Under the pieces are notes generated by a model. It saw only the letters and a list, made by a program, of their open reading frames with translations, was not told the origin of the DNA and ran no database searches. DNA of 64,000 bases from a virus (taxonomy: Duplodnaviria; Caudoviricetes), in the IMG/VR virus record IMGVR_UViG_3300021400_000045, positions 32,001 to 96,000 of that record; one strand, written 5' to 3'. Made by a program: the position numbers and the translations under genes. Below are positions 1 through 8,829 of this stretch, one piece after another; positions within the stretch are counted from its first letter, which is position 1; every line of letters begins with the position of its first letter.

Positions 1-20
1 AGACTGAAAGGAGACAGAAT

Positions 21-323
21 ATGAAACTTGGTGACTATGAATGCATGACGACATTCTGGGATGATTTCACCATCGCGGAGAAGTTCGGTACGGGCGCAAT
101 TATCGATACCTATAACCGGGCGTTCGATGAATGGAAATCGAATTTCATGTACCTGACGGAGCTGGTGATGGTGCTGAACCACAAGCTCTGGTGGTGGTAC
201 GAGCATGGCAATGATCCCGGCTATACGGAACTGTACAATATCTTCTATGACGAGACGTCCCGTTATGCGGAAGAGAACCTGAATGGGGAGCAGTTCGATT
301 ATTACTGGCGGATCACGGACTGA
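21..323 (+). CDS. hypothetical phage protein
   Basis: 100-aa ORF with AAAGGGAG RBS; start of a tightly packed + strand run. Confidence 0.75.
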   Translation: MKLGDYECMTTFWDDFTIAEKFGTGAIIDTYNRAFDEWKSNFMYLTELVMVLNHKLWWWYEHGNDPGYTELYNIFYDETSRYAEENLNGEQFDYYWRITD

Positions 324-336
324 AAGGAGAATGATT

Positions 337-630
337 ATGACACCTAAAGAACGTTTTAATCTCATCGTCAAGATTGTGGAACGCGCAGATGAACTTAAAA
401 TCGGGGTCGGCACTCGCATTACGCAGATGATGGACATCGAGAATGCGGACAAGCAGTTCAACCTGAGACTCGAAGAGTTCCTAAACGCCGACTCGATGGA
501 CTTCTGCCACGACTTCTGCGGCATCCAGCGCCACATGGATCGGACACTCGGAGTGTGCAAGGTGGTTGATTTCTTTGTGCCGAGGTTCGCTGGTCTCACG
601 AAAGAAGAGATCGTGTTCTGGGAGGAATGA
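337..630 (+). CDS. hypothetical protein (DUF6874-like)
   Basis: AAAGGAG RBS 7 nt before ATG337; motif LxxFLxADxxDFxHDFxGIxRHMDR...FVPRFA recalls DUF6874. Confidence 0.6.
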   Translation: MTPKERFNLIVKIVERADELKIGVGTRITQMMDIENADKQFNLRLEEFLNADSMDFCHDFCGIQRHMDRTLGVCKVVDFFVPRFAGLTKEEIVFWEE

Positions 631-800
631 GTATGGAATACCATAATCTCTACGACCACATCTGTGCCGTACTGACAAACTATGAAGGGTATGGGAACGA
701 CTACGACAAAGGAAATCCCGAACCGCTGTATGAACTGCTGGTGGACATCTGTAACATGATGTCCGGTGGCGAACTGATAGTGAGGACGGAAGGAGAATAA
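627..800 (+). CDS. small hypothetical protein (57 aa, not in ORF track)
   Basis: GGAGG RBS, ATGA overlap with upstream stop; MSMEYHNLYDHICAVLTNYEG...RTEGE*. Confidence 0.6.
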   Translation: MSMEYHNLYDHICAVLTNYEGYGNDYDKGNPEPLYELLVDICNMMSGGELIVRTEGE

Positions 801-802
801 GT

Positions 803-1276
803 ATGTTTGATTGGACTGGAGACTGCGCTTGCAAGTATGGATTTGATGATATGTATGATGATTTTGAGTACGCGCTGCGGAAAGCGATTGACGATGGTGA
901 TCCGTTTGATACTGGATGGGTCGGCTCTGCTAAAGAGCTCATGTCTTTTCACTTGTGTTATGACGGAGACAGACTCCAAATCGAAACCCATGCCGAGATG
1001 GATGACGTCGATGATCTGATCAGCCTCGACTGTGAACAAGGCTACAAGCTGAATGAGAAACAGTATAAGGCCGTGCGGAGAATATGGGATCAGAATGATG
1101 AATGGGCAACGGAAACCAATAACATCCGCATTATTGAATTGACAACATATGAAGACATTCTCGGTAATCTCGTGGAGATGGCCGGAGAGGATGACAATGT
1201 TTTGAGCGATGTGTTCAATCAACTCAATGAAACAATCAATTGGGTGCTTGAAAACAATTACATGGAGGAAGAATAA
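803..1276 (+). CDS. acidic hypothetical protein
   Basis: AAGGAG RBS; 157 aa, Asp/Glu-rich. Confidence 0.7.
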   Translation: MFDWTGDCACKYGFDDMYDDFEYALRKAIDDGDPFDTGWVGSAKELMSFHLCYDGDRLQIETHAEMDDVDDLISLDCEQGYKLNEKQYKAVRRIWDQNDEWATETNNIRIIELTTYEDILGNLVEMAGEDDNVLSDVFNQLNETINWVLENNYMEEE

Positions 1277-1277
1277 T

Positions 1278-1685
1278 ATGAACAATGGTTTCAATCGTCG
1301 TCTGGGTCTGGATATCTCCCCTGCCGAAATGCTCTCCATGCGTGAGAGCGGGCTGAATAACAAACGCATTGCCGAGCGGCTTGGCGTGTCAATCAACACT
1401 GTCTACCGTTACATCGGCAAACAGCCGAAGGGTATGCCCCGTGAGCGCAAGCCGGAGCCGGAACTGGAACCGGTTTCGATCAAGGTCACAAACGCTCCTG
1501 CGCTGAAGCTGGTCAGTACCGTGTCGCTCCTGAAGGGCGAGACGTCGGAGTACAAGATCGACAGCGTGAAGAACATGGTCGAGATCAGCGGCTTGCTGAA
1601 CGGAGTGCTCGACCAGCACACCATTGACCAGACCATCCGCGAACTAAATGAGGTCAAGCGGGTGTTCGCCAGCATGAAACTGTGA
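1278..1685 (+). CDS. helix-turn-helix DNA-binding protein
   Basis: GLNNKRIAERLGVSINTVYRYI HTH signature; GGAGG RBS. Confidence 0.75.
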   Translation: MNNGFNRRLGLDISPAEMLSMRESGLNNKRIAERLGVSINTVYRYIGKQPKGMPRERKPEPELEPVSIKVTNAPALKLVSTVSLLKGETSEYKIDSVKNMVEISGLLNGVLDQHTIDQTIRELNEVKRVFASMKL

Positions 1686-1686
1686 G

Positions 1687-1878
1687 GTGATTGGAATGAC
1701 GATTGCGGAAGCGATTGTAAAGCTAATGAACACGGAAAACACTCTGGAGAATATCTGGGGCTGGTCTGCCACAGATCCCCATGCGCAGGAATTCAGGGGC
1801 ATGGTTGATGCACTCAATGAGTGTATCGAGTATCTGGATGGGAATCTGGAACTCTTCCAGAAAACCGAAGGGAGGTAA
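1687..1878 (+). CDS. hypothetical protein
   Basis: short ORF in operon; probable start at ATG1696 after GAGGTG. Confidence 0.55.
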   Translation: MIGMTIAEAIVKLMNTENTLENIWGWSATDPHAQEFRGMVDALNECIEYLDGNLELFQKTEGR

Positions 1879-1883
1879 CAGGA

Positions 1884-2195
1884 ATGAAAACCCATTACGA
1901 TTATACAAAGACTTTCCTCGGAGAGTCTGACGCCGCAAGGCTGATTGTCGAGTCCTGCGTGGATGGGCACAGCGTTCTTGAATACCTGAAGTTCGGACAG
2001 GACGGCGGTTACCACGCCTATGTGGTGGATGTGGACTGCGAGATCCCGAATGGTTACGTCTGTGCCGTTCACCGCAATGGCGCTGGCTGGCTGAAGACAT
2101 ACGATGATATTGGAACAGTAAACAAGTTCAGTTTCGAGACCGGCGTCAGGATCTACCGGCGCGGCGAGTTCGGCTGCATTATCCAGCTGATGTGA
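1884..2195 (+). CDS. hypothetical protein
   Basis: GGGAGGT RBS before ATG1884. Confidence 0.7.
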   Translation: MKTHYDYTKTFLGESDAARLIVESCVDGHSVLEYLKFGQDGGYHAYVVDVDCEIPNGYVCAVHRNGAGWLKTYDDIGTVNKFSFETGVRIYRRGEFGCIIQLM

Positions 2196-2208
2196 AAGGA
2201 GAAAGAAA

Positions 2209-2601
2209 ATGACATTTGTTGACATGATGATGAAGCACGACGTGGATGAAGACAAGATGTACGGACTTCTTGGGAAATTCATTGCCACCGGAATCGGCGA
2301 GAAAGAAGTCTTGCGTGATATCAGGGATGACATCATGACGATTATCAATTACATCAATAACGAGCCGATCACCGTCGACAACTATGACGTTGCGGATCAT
2401 GCGATCGCAGTCGTGTTCGGCGAGTCACAGCGCTTGCTGGGGAAGTGTCAGGCGCTATGGAATCTGCACATCATATCAGACAAACTGTACAATGAGGCGG
2501 AAGTTATTTGCATGTCCATCGAGGAAGCGTTCTGGCGCTGGGCCGACAGCAAGAACATCATCCTGCTGGACGACGAGGACGACGAGGAGGAACAGAAATG
2601 A
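2209..2601 (+). CDS. hypothetical protein
   Basis: GAAAGGAG RBS, acidic C-terminal tail. Confidence 0.7.
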   Translation: MTFVDMMMKHDVDEDKMYGLLGKFIATGIGEKEVLRDIRDDIMTIINYINNEPITVDNYDVADHAIAVVFGESQRLLGKCQALWNLHIISDKLYNEAEVICMSIEEAFWRWADSKNIILLDDEDDEEEQK

Positions 2602-2951
2602 ATAATGATTTCGCTCAGAAGCTGACGGAAGCGGGAGTGACGCCCGCCCGTCTGGACGCGCTGCTGGAAAGACTGGACGATGAGGACGGCGGTGATTTCC
2701 TGTACAGCCACCCTGGACGGTACATCAAGCGTCTGATCAGAGTGATCAAGCATGTCTTCGATGACCCCGATATTGCCAGCGACGTGGAAGGAATTATGAC
2801 AACAGCCTACGAGCTGCTGGGTGCTGTGTGTGTGCTGTATGAGGATGATATGGTAAGCAACTCTCGGATCAGCGATGAGACGATGGATGAGGTCGATGAT
2901 CTCTCCGGTGCAATTGCCACAGTGTGCAGAAAGGAGCTGCAAAATGAATAA
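2598..2951 (+). CDS. hypothetical protein
   Basis: GAGGAGG RBS, ATGA overlap. Confidence 0.7.
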   Translation: MNNDFAQKLTEAGVTPARLDALLERLDDEDGGDFLYSHPGRYIKRLIRVIKHVFDDPDIASDVEGIMTTAYELLGAVCVLYEDDMVSNSRISDETMDEVDDLSGAIATVCRKELQNE

Positions 2952-3171
2952 GGAACGCCGTCGTGAGCTGCGGGTGGCCATCACCCGTCTGGAGGAAGCG
3001 TACGAGCATCTGAATGAGGTGCTGGCGGATGAGCAGGACGCCTTCGATAATCTGCCGGAAGGGCTTCAGGCGTCGGAGCGGGGCGAGGCAATGGAAGAAG
3101 GGATCTCCACGATGGAAGACGCGCTGGAAGCTCTGGACGAGATCAGGGAAAGCCTTGAGGAACTGATGTGA
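2944..3171 (+). CDS. conserved phage coiled-coil hypothetical protein
   Basis: MNKERRREL...EQDAFDNLPEGLQASERGE pattern common in phages; AAAGGAG RBS. Confidence 0.75.
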   Translation: MNKERRRELRVAITRLEEAYEHLNEVLADEQDAFDNLPEGLQASERGEAMEEGISTMEDALEALDEIRESLEELM

Positions 3172-3185
3172 AAGGAGCAGAAACC

Positions 3186-3590
3186 ATGACGAAGGAAGAA
3201 GCGAAGCAGGAGCTGTTCAAACGGCTGGATCTGGACGGAAGCATCATCTTTCATGTGTACGAGCTGAATGACAAGTATCTGGTTGGATCTGGAATCATCG
3301 GAAACGAGGACGACCTGTACAACAGCGACCGCCTCTATGATTACGGGTACGATTACTATCATGAGGAATCGTTTGATGTCGGAATCGTGAACACATACAT
3401 GATCGGGGAGGGCGAGGCTGACCATGCATACGCATCTGACTGCGCTATTATCGAGGACATGCTGAACAGCAAGAGCTACGGCGAAGCGTTGTGGAAGTAT
3501 CTAGAAGAAGACGCCGACTTCATCAATGCCTGTATGTGTGGGACGGTGAACAATCCGTGCTATGAGCCTGACGAAGAGGAGGGAGAATAA
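3186..3590 (+). CDS. acidic hypothetical protein
   Basis: GAAAGGAG RBS before ATG3186. Confidence 0.7.
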   Translation: MTKEEAKQELFKRLDLDGSIIFHVYELNDKYLVGSGIIGNEDDLYNSDRLYDYGYDYYHEESFDVGIVNTYMIGEGEADHAYASDCAIIEDMLNSKSYGEALWKYLEEDADFINACMCGTVNNPCYEPDEEEGE

Positions 3591-3593
3591 GAA

Positions 3594-4043
3594 ATGATCA
3601 GCGGAATCAAATCGAACCAGCGCATCATGAGCTATCGTTTCGTCATTGACCCGAACTTCAGACCGATCTATGGGGAGGACAATGGCCGCCCGATGGTCAA
3701 GCTCTTCCTACAAGACACAGAATACCTGACACGCCAGTTCGACCATGTCAGAACGGAGCATGGTTTTCTCCCGATGATCCCACCCAAAGACAGCCGTGGG
3801 GAGTTCGACGACGAGGGTTGGTACTTCATCACTGCTGAAGTCGTCTCTCTTCCCAGCGGCATTGACATCAACGTCTGGGCAGAAGTCAGAAGCTACGGGG
3901 CCGAGGACGACGGAACCATGTACAAGCTCGACATGTCTGTCTCGGACACTCTGATGGTAGCGCTCACGCTGAACGACCAATGCGTCAACCTGTGGGACGA
4001 CAACCTCGTGACCATGCTGAAAGAGTGCAAGGAAAGCCTGTAA
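3594..4043 (+). CDS. hypothetical protein
   Basis: GGAG RBS; contiguous with neighbours. Confidence 0.7.
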   Translation: MISGIKSNQRIMSYRFVIDPNFRPIYGEDNGRPMVKLFLQDTEYLTRQFDHVRTEHGFLPMIPPKDSRGEFDDEGWYFITAEVVSLPSGIDINVWAEVRSYGAEDDGTMYKLDMSVSDTLMVALTLNDQCVNLWDDNLVTMLKECKESL

Positions 4044-4056
4044 GGAGGGAATCAGA

Positions 4057-4278
4057 ATGAAGACCTACATTTCCAAGATCGATGGTAAGTACTATGCCTT
4101 CGCCGGTGACATGATCAACAACCAGGTGGTATCGATCGGTGCGGACAACCCACCATCCGGGCAATGGTGCGCGAAATGGACGGATGCCGGAATCAAGTAT
4201 GTCTCTACGTGGTCACCCTCCCGGGAGGCCGCACGGAAAAAGGCCCAGTGCCACGGCGAGTATGTCGGTGAGGTGTGA
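4057..4278 (+). CDS. hypothetical protein
   Basis: AAGGAGG RBS. Confidence 0.7.
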   Translation: MKTYISKIDGKYYAFAGDMINNQVVSIGADNPPSGQWCAKWTDAGIKYVSTWSPSREAARKKAQCHGEYVGEV

Positions 4279-4353
4279 CCCGTTCGACATATATATAGGA
4301 AAGAACCAGAAATTTCTGTGACATAATGTCACAAATCGAAAGGAACAGGAACC

Positions 4354-4536
4354 ATGATTCACATGCATATCGTCTGGTACGACCGGAAGGAAGACTTTAC
4401 GCCCAACTATGACGCTGACCATCATGGTACGATTGCCGGAGCCACGCCGCAGGAATGTATGCGGCAGTTCTTTGAACTCAGAAGCAATCACGACCTCGCG
4501 AAGTACACCTGCATGGAGATCAGCTTCATCTACTGA
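4354..4536 (+). CDS. hypothetical protein
   Basis: GAAAGGA RBS; 60 aa. Confidence 0.6.
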   Translation: MIHMHIVWYDRKEDFTPNYDADHHGTIAGATPQECMRQFFELRSNHDLAKYTCMEISFIY

Positions 4537-4551
4537 CGGAAGGAGAACAGC

Positions 4552-5121
4552 ATGGAAACAGTATTCAAGGCCGACGATTTCAACACCATCCTCAAGTCCT
4601 GCGGACTGGCAGTCACTGACAAATACGATGGGCGGGTGGTTCTGCGGAACATCTGCCTCGACATCTGGCGTGACCACTGTGTGGCGGTGGCGTTGGATGG
4701 AACCATCCTGATGCAAGTCACTGTTCCCTGCGAGTCGGATGTGACGGAGAAGACGCGCATCCTGCTCCAGCCCCTGAAGCCGGTGCCCAAGATGACCCAT
4801 GTCGTCATCACATCGCCGGACTCCAGCCCCAGACCGGAGCGGATCGAGATCAACTTCAACCGCTATTCCTACACGGAGTTGACGGTCGTGCAGTATCCCG
4901 TGAAGGGCGATTACGTTGACTACGAGAAGATCATCCCAGCGGAACGCACGGAGTACAGGATCGCTGTCAGCCCGAAGAAGCTGATGACCGTCCTCAAGGG
5001 GATCGACTCCAAGTATGTGTGGCTCTCCTTCGGCAAGCCGCTGGAATCATTCCTCGTCACGCCCACGGATGAAGAGCATGACATCACAGGCCTGGTGCTT
5101 CCGGCTCGGATCAGCTCCTGA
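4552..5121 (+). CDS. truncated beta-sliding-clamp (DnaN)-like protein
   Basis: RVVLRNI...VAVALDG, GDYVDYEKIIP and C-terminal GLVLPAR resemble DnaN motifs (RxxLxG..vAtDG, GxYPdYxxvIP, lvlPvR); only 189 aa. Confidence 0.55.
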   Translation: METVFKADDFNTILKSCGLAVTDKYDGRVVLRNICLDIWRDHCVAVALDGTILMQVTVPCESDVTEKTRILLQPLKPVPKMTHVVITSPDSSPRPERIEINFNRYSYTELTVVQYPVKGDYVDYEKIIPAERTEYRIAVSPKKLMTVLKGIDSKYVWLSFGKPLESFLVTPTDEEHDITGLVLPARISS

Positions 5122-5122
5122 T

Positions 5123-5151
5123 TTGACAGGCCAGAACACGGGCAGTATAAT
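5123..5151 (+). promoter_or_regulatory. sigmaA/sigma70 consensus promoter
   Basis: TTGACA(5123-5128)-17 bp-TATAAT(5146-5151). Confidence 0.85.
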
Positions 5152-5177
5152 GGTCGCACGAAAGGAGGGAATATCGC

Positions 5178-5384
5178 TTGTACATTTGCACGGTTGAAAG
5201 CAACTCGACCAGCCCTCGTGAGTACGAGGTGGACACCAAGTCTGCGATGCGATGTGCCAGGAAGTACGGACGCTGCGAAGGCGATGAGACCGTGACCGTC
5301 CGCACCAAGTCCGGCAGAATCGTATCGTGTGTGAAGTGGACGCCGCAGGACGGCGGACAGTACTACTACGCTCACACCATGTGA
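5178..5384 (+). CDS. hypothetical protein
   Basis: AAAGGAGG RBS, TTG start; lies between a consensus promoter and a terminator. Confidence 0.7.
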   Translation: MYICTVESNSTSPREYEVDTKSAMRCARKYGRCEGDETVTVRTKSGRIVSCVKWTPQDGGQYYYAHTM

Positions 5385-5395
5385 GCAGAACAGGA

Positions 5396-5420
5396 ACCGC
5401 CATTGACGGCGGTGTTTTTT
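5396..5420 (+). terminator. intrinsic terminator
   Basis: ACCGCC-ATTGAC-GGCGGT followed by GTTTTTT. Confidence 0.7.
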
Positions 5421-5432
5421 ATTGGAGGGAAT

Positions 5433-5714
5433 ATGGCGTTAGTTGTGTATTCATGTGAGACCTGTGGCCGTGTCTGGGCCACGGAGGAGGAAGCGAACAC
5501 CTGTCAGGCCACGCACCAGCTGGTGACAGCCGTCAAGGAATGCCGGTTCAAGAAGAGGGCCGACCCTGAAAAGTATCCCAGCAGTCTCGTCTGCACAATG
5601 GCCGATGGAGCGGAGCTCATCTACTACATCGGACGTGCGGAAAACCAGACGGCGAAAGCGCTGGATTACAAGTCCCAGCGGCGGGCACAGAACCAGCCCA
5701 GCGTAAGAGCTTAA
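5433..5714 (+). CDS. small zinc-finger-like protein
   Basis: YSCETCGRVW...ANTCQATH; GGAGG RBS. Confidence 0.6.
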   Translation: MALVVYSCETCGRVWATEEEANTCQATHQLVTAVKECRFKKRADPEKYPSSLVCTMADGAELIYYIGRAENQTAKALDYKSQRRAQNQPSVRA

Positions 5715-5776
5715 CGATCATACGGATTAAACCATGACAGCGATCTGGAATCCGTTTACAGAAAGGAAAATTGAAT

Positions 5777-6934
5777 ATGAAGTTGGGGAGTTTGTTCTCC
5801 GGTTCCGGCAGCTTTGAGCTCGCCGGACTTTTTAATGGGATCGAACCCGTGTTTAATTCGGAAGTAGATGCCTTCCCTGTAGCAGTCACGGATAAACGGC
5901 TCCCCAACGTCAAGCAGTTGGGCGACGTAACGAAGATCAGCGGAGCGAAAGTCGAGCCGGTGGACATCATCACCTTCGGTTCGCCGTGTCAGGATCTGTC
6001 CATCGCCGGTAATCAGGCTGGCATCCATGAAGGAACCAGAAGCTCCCTGTTCTTTGAAGCCATCAGGATCATTAAGGAGATGCGGAATGCAACATCAAAT
6101 CAGTTTCCAAGATTTGCTGTCTGGGAAAACGTCAAGGGATCTCTCAGCTCCCACAGCGGAGCAGACTTCAAAGCCGTCCTCGAAGCGTTCTGCGAAGCCG
6201 CAGGAGCCGACGTTCATGTACCTCTCCCTGAAGTCAACAAAGGGAAATGGGCCACAGCCGGAACCGTCGTGGGAGATGGTTTCTCGATTGCCTGGCGTGT
6301 CTACAACGCCGTCGGTTGGGGCGTTCCCCAGCGCCGTGAGAGAGTCTACCTTGTCGCAGATTTTGGAAGCGAACGTGCCGGAGAAATACTCTTTGAGTCC
6401 GAGAGCGGCGACGGGTATTCAACGCAGAGCTACGAGGCGTGGCAAGCCTTTGCCTTCGGTACTGAAGGAAGCGCTGGACGAAGTGATAGCCAGTGCATGA
6501 TCTGGGATGCCCGTGGCAATGGCGACGGACTCACTTCCCCCACCATCACCGGCGACCACAACAACCGGATCACCGACTATACCGCCGTCATTGTAGAACC
6601 GAGACCTGCGACCCACTACTTCTCCATGCAGCGCTTCGATGAGTTCAAGGAGAGCGATGCGGCATCCACCCTCAAACAGCGTGACTACAAAGATGTAACA
6701 GACATCGTGGTCGAGGAACGGGAACCAATACAGGAACGCAAGTACATCGTCCGGCGGCTGACGCCCACGGAAAGCCTGATTCTTCAGGGCTTGCCGAAAT
6801 GGTGGTGCGATGATGTGAAAGGTCGGTCGGACACAAAGGTCTATCGTCTCAGTGGGAACGGCATCGCTCTCCCCTGCGCGATCGATGTCCTCTATAAAAT
6901 CACCAAAGCATACGACATGAAAGGAGCGGCGTAA
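5777..6934 (+). CDS. dcm: DNA (cytosine-5)-methyltransferase
   Basis: motif I LFSGSG, motif IV GSPCQDLS, motif VI ENV, motif VIII QRRERVY, motif IX RRLTPTE, motif X GNG. Confidence 0.93.
   Translation: MKLGSLFSGSGSFELAGLFNGIEPVFNSEVDAFPVAVTDKRLPNVKQLGDVTKISGAKVEPVDIITFGSPCQDLSIAGNQAGIHEGTRSSLFFEAIRIIKEMRNATSNQFPRFAVWENVKGSLSSHSGADFKAVLEAFCEAAGADVHVPLPEVNKGKWATAGTVVGDGFSIAWRVYNAVGWGVPQRRERVYLVADFGSERAGEILFESESGDGYSTQSYEAWQAFAFGTEGSAGRSDSQCMIWDARGNGDGLTSPTITGDHNNRITDYTAVIVEPRPATHYFSMQRFDEFKESDAASTLKQRDYKDVTDIVVEEREPIQERKYIVRRLTPTESLILQGLPKWWCDDVKGRSDTKVYRLSGNGIALPCAIDVLYKITKAYDMKGAA
6087..6500 (+). CDS. nested +1-frame ORF inside the methyltransferase gene (137 aa)
   Basis: own RBS AAGGAG(6074-6079) 7 nt before ATG6087; C-terminus ESTLSQILEANVPEKYSLSPRAATGIQRRATRRGKPLP looks protein-like. 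Confidence 0.55.
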   Translation: MQHQISFQDLLSGKTSRDLSAPTAEQTSKPSSKRSAKPQEPTFMYLSLKSTKGNGPQPEPSWEMVSRLPGVSTTPSVGAFPSAVRESTLSQILEANVPEKYSLSPRAATGIQRRATRRGKPLPSVLKEALDEVIASA

Positions 6935-8010
6935 TGAGAAAACTTGCAAGCGTTCAGGTCATCTGGAATGTGGAACCCATCGAGGGTGCGGACAGGATCG
7001 AGCTTGTCCATGTCCTCGGCTGGCAGTGCGTGGCCAACAAGGGCCAGTTCAAGAAGGGCGATGTCGGAGTGTATTTCGAGATCGATTCCTTCCTCCCCAT
7101 CCGTGAGGAGTTTGAGTTCCTGCGGGCTTCCTCATACAAGAAGACGGACATCATGGGCGAGGGCTTCAGACTGCGGACTCAGAAATTCCGTGGCCAGCTC
7201 TCTCAGGGACTGGTGCTTCCGCTGTCTGTCTTCCCTGAGATCCCGGCGGACACGCCTGTCGGAACCAGCGTAGCGGAACAGCTCGGTGTCATAAAGTGGG
7301 AGATTGAGGAACGCGCCACCACTGGAGGCACTGTTGCCGGAGTACTCCCCGCCTGTGTGCCTCATACAGACGAGACGCGAGTGCAGAACGAGCCGGATCT
7401 CCTTCAGGAGTTTGCCGGACTGGAATACTACATCACAACCAAGATGGACGGCTCGTCTCATTCGATTGCCATTGACGAGGACGGAATGCACGTCACCGGA
7501 CACAACTTCGAGTACAAGGACGATGGTTCAAGTGCCTTCTACGAGTTCGTGAAGAAGACCGGTATTCTGGAACGGGTCAAAACACTTCACGATATTGTTC
7601 GCGACAGGCACTGGTTCTGTGATGACGGAGAGGAATTGGAATCTCTGGTCGTTCAGGGTGAGTTCTGTGCTCCCGGCATCCAGAGGAACCGCCTGAAGCT
7701 GACGAAGCCGGAATGGTACGTGTTCACCATTATCGTGAACGGCAACCGCCTTGGAATGAAGGATATGGTCATGCTGTGTGACGCCGCTTCCCTGACATAC
7801 GTGCCGATCGATGAAGTGGACACTGATCTTCCATCCAAGTATCCCACGGTGGAAGCCATACTGGAACGAGCGGACGGGCAGTATCCCAACGGCGGGCCGA
7901 ATGAGGGGCTGGTCATCAGGCCGACTGTACCGGTCATATCCAAGACAATCGGAACCTGGCTTTCCATGAAGGCCATCAACAACAAATACCTGCTGAAGAA
8001 TAAGGAGTGA
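6934..8010 (+). CDS. ATP-dependent RNA ligase, DRB0094/Rnl5 family
   Basis: N-terminal MRKLASVQ...IEGADRIE...GWQCV..KG.F..GD..VYFEIDSFLP; nucleotidyltransferase motifs TKMDGSS, QGE, EGLV, KAIN. Confidence 0.88.
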   Translation: MRKLASVQVIWNVEPIEGADRIELVHVLGWQCVANKGQFKKGDVGVYFEIDSFLPIREEFEFLRASSYKKTDIMGEGFRLRTQKFRGQLSQGLVLPLSVFPEIPADTPVGTSVAEQLGVIKWEIEERATTGGTVAGVLPACVPHTDETRVQNEPDLLQEFAGLEYYITTKMDGSSHSIAIDEDGMHVTGHNFEYKDDGSSAFYEFVKKTGILERVKTLHDIVRDRHWFCDDGEELESLVVQGEFCAPGIQRNRLKLTKPEWYVFTIIVNGNRLGMKDMVMLCDAASLTYVPIDEVDTDLPSKYPTVEAILERADGQYPNGGPNEGLVIRPTVPVISKTIGTWLSMKAINNKYLLKNKE

Positions 8011-8014
8011 GCCT

Positions 8015-8263
8015 ATGAACATGGAATACGCGGCAATGCGGATCGTGCGTGAATATGCGCTGGAACACCTCGACAAGTCCGACTCCGTGCCGGACTTCGA
8101 TGTGTTCACGGTCTGGAAATGCAAGACGTTGCAGAACTGGAAGTTTCTGATCAGCACGAGCCTGTACGACGGAATGTACTATGAGCTGACCTACAACGGT
8201 GACCAGCAGGAATGGTATCTGGACGCCTACAAGAAGTTCGAGAACAGGGTGGTGAAACTGTGA
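8015..8263 (+). CDS. DUF6275-like protein
   Basis: VWKCKTLQNWK.LIST...DGMYYELTYNGD..E.YLDAYKKFEN signature. Confidence 0.8.
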   Translation: MNMEYAAMRIVREYALEHLDKSDSVPDFDVFTVWKCKTLQNWKFLISTSLYDGMYYELTYNGDQQEWYLDAYKKFENRVVKL

Positions 8264-8829
8264 TGGATCGTGATGAATTGATTGAGGCCCTCAAACATTG
8301 TGCACTAGATAAGGAAGAACAGTGCGATGGCTGCCCCGGCGAGAACGGTATATGTTGCAGGTATATGAAGGATGGCTCGTGGGCCGAGGTTCCTCAGAGT
8401 CTGGTGAAACAGGTACTGAGTGAACTCGGAAACGCTACTGCGGACTATGAGCGCGGGCAGAGGGACGCGTGGGAGCTGGCCCAGAAGATCCTAAAACCTG
8501 TCATCGACGGCGGGTATTCGCATCAGCAACTGCTGGATATCTTTGGGGATCACGACGCAACAGCTGCTGATATCATAACAGAACTAGCGATCGATCGCGC
8601 CGTCGCAAGAGTCAAGGAATACGAAAAAAGAATTGCCCTCCATGTCGGCGATGAAGTGCTGAACTTGGCGGGTGTACGCCTGGTAGTGCTCAAGCGGCGG
8701 GAGGATGGATTGGTCTATACGTCTTCGGCGAACGGCGATGTGGACATGTACAAGCGTGATCATCTGACCAAGACGGGGAGGCACTTCGACGAATTGGAAC
8801 AGCTGATGAAGAAGATGCAGAAGGAGTGA
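8263..8829 (+). CDS. hypothetical phage protein
   Basis: Cys-rich N-terminus; TGATG translational coupling. Confidence 0.7.
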   Translation: MDRDELIEALKHCALDKEEQCDGCPGENGICCRYMKDGSWAEVPQSLVKQVLSELGNATADYERGQRDAWELAQKILKPVIDGGYSHQQLLDIFGDHDATAADIITELAIDRAVARVKEYEKRIALHVGDEVLNLAGVRLVVLKRREDGLVYTSSANGDVDMYKRDHLTKTGRHFDELEQLMKKMQKE

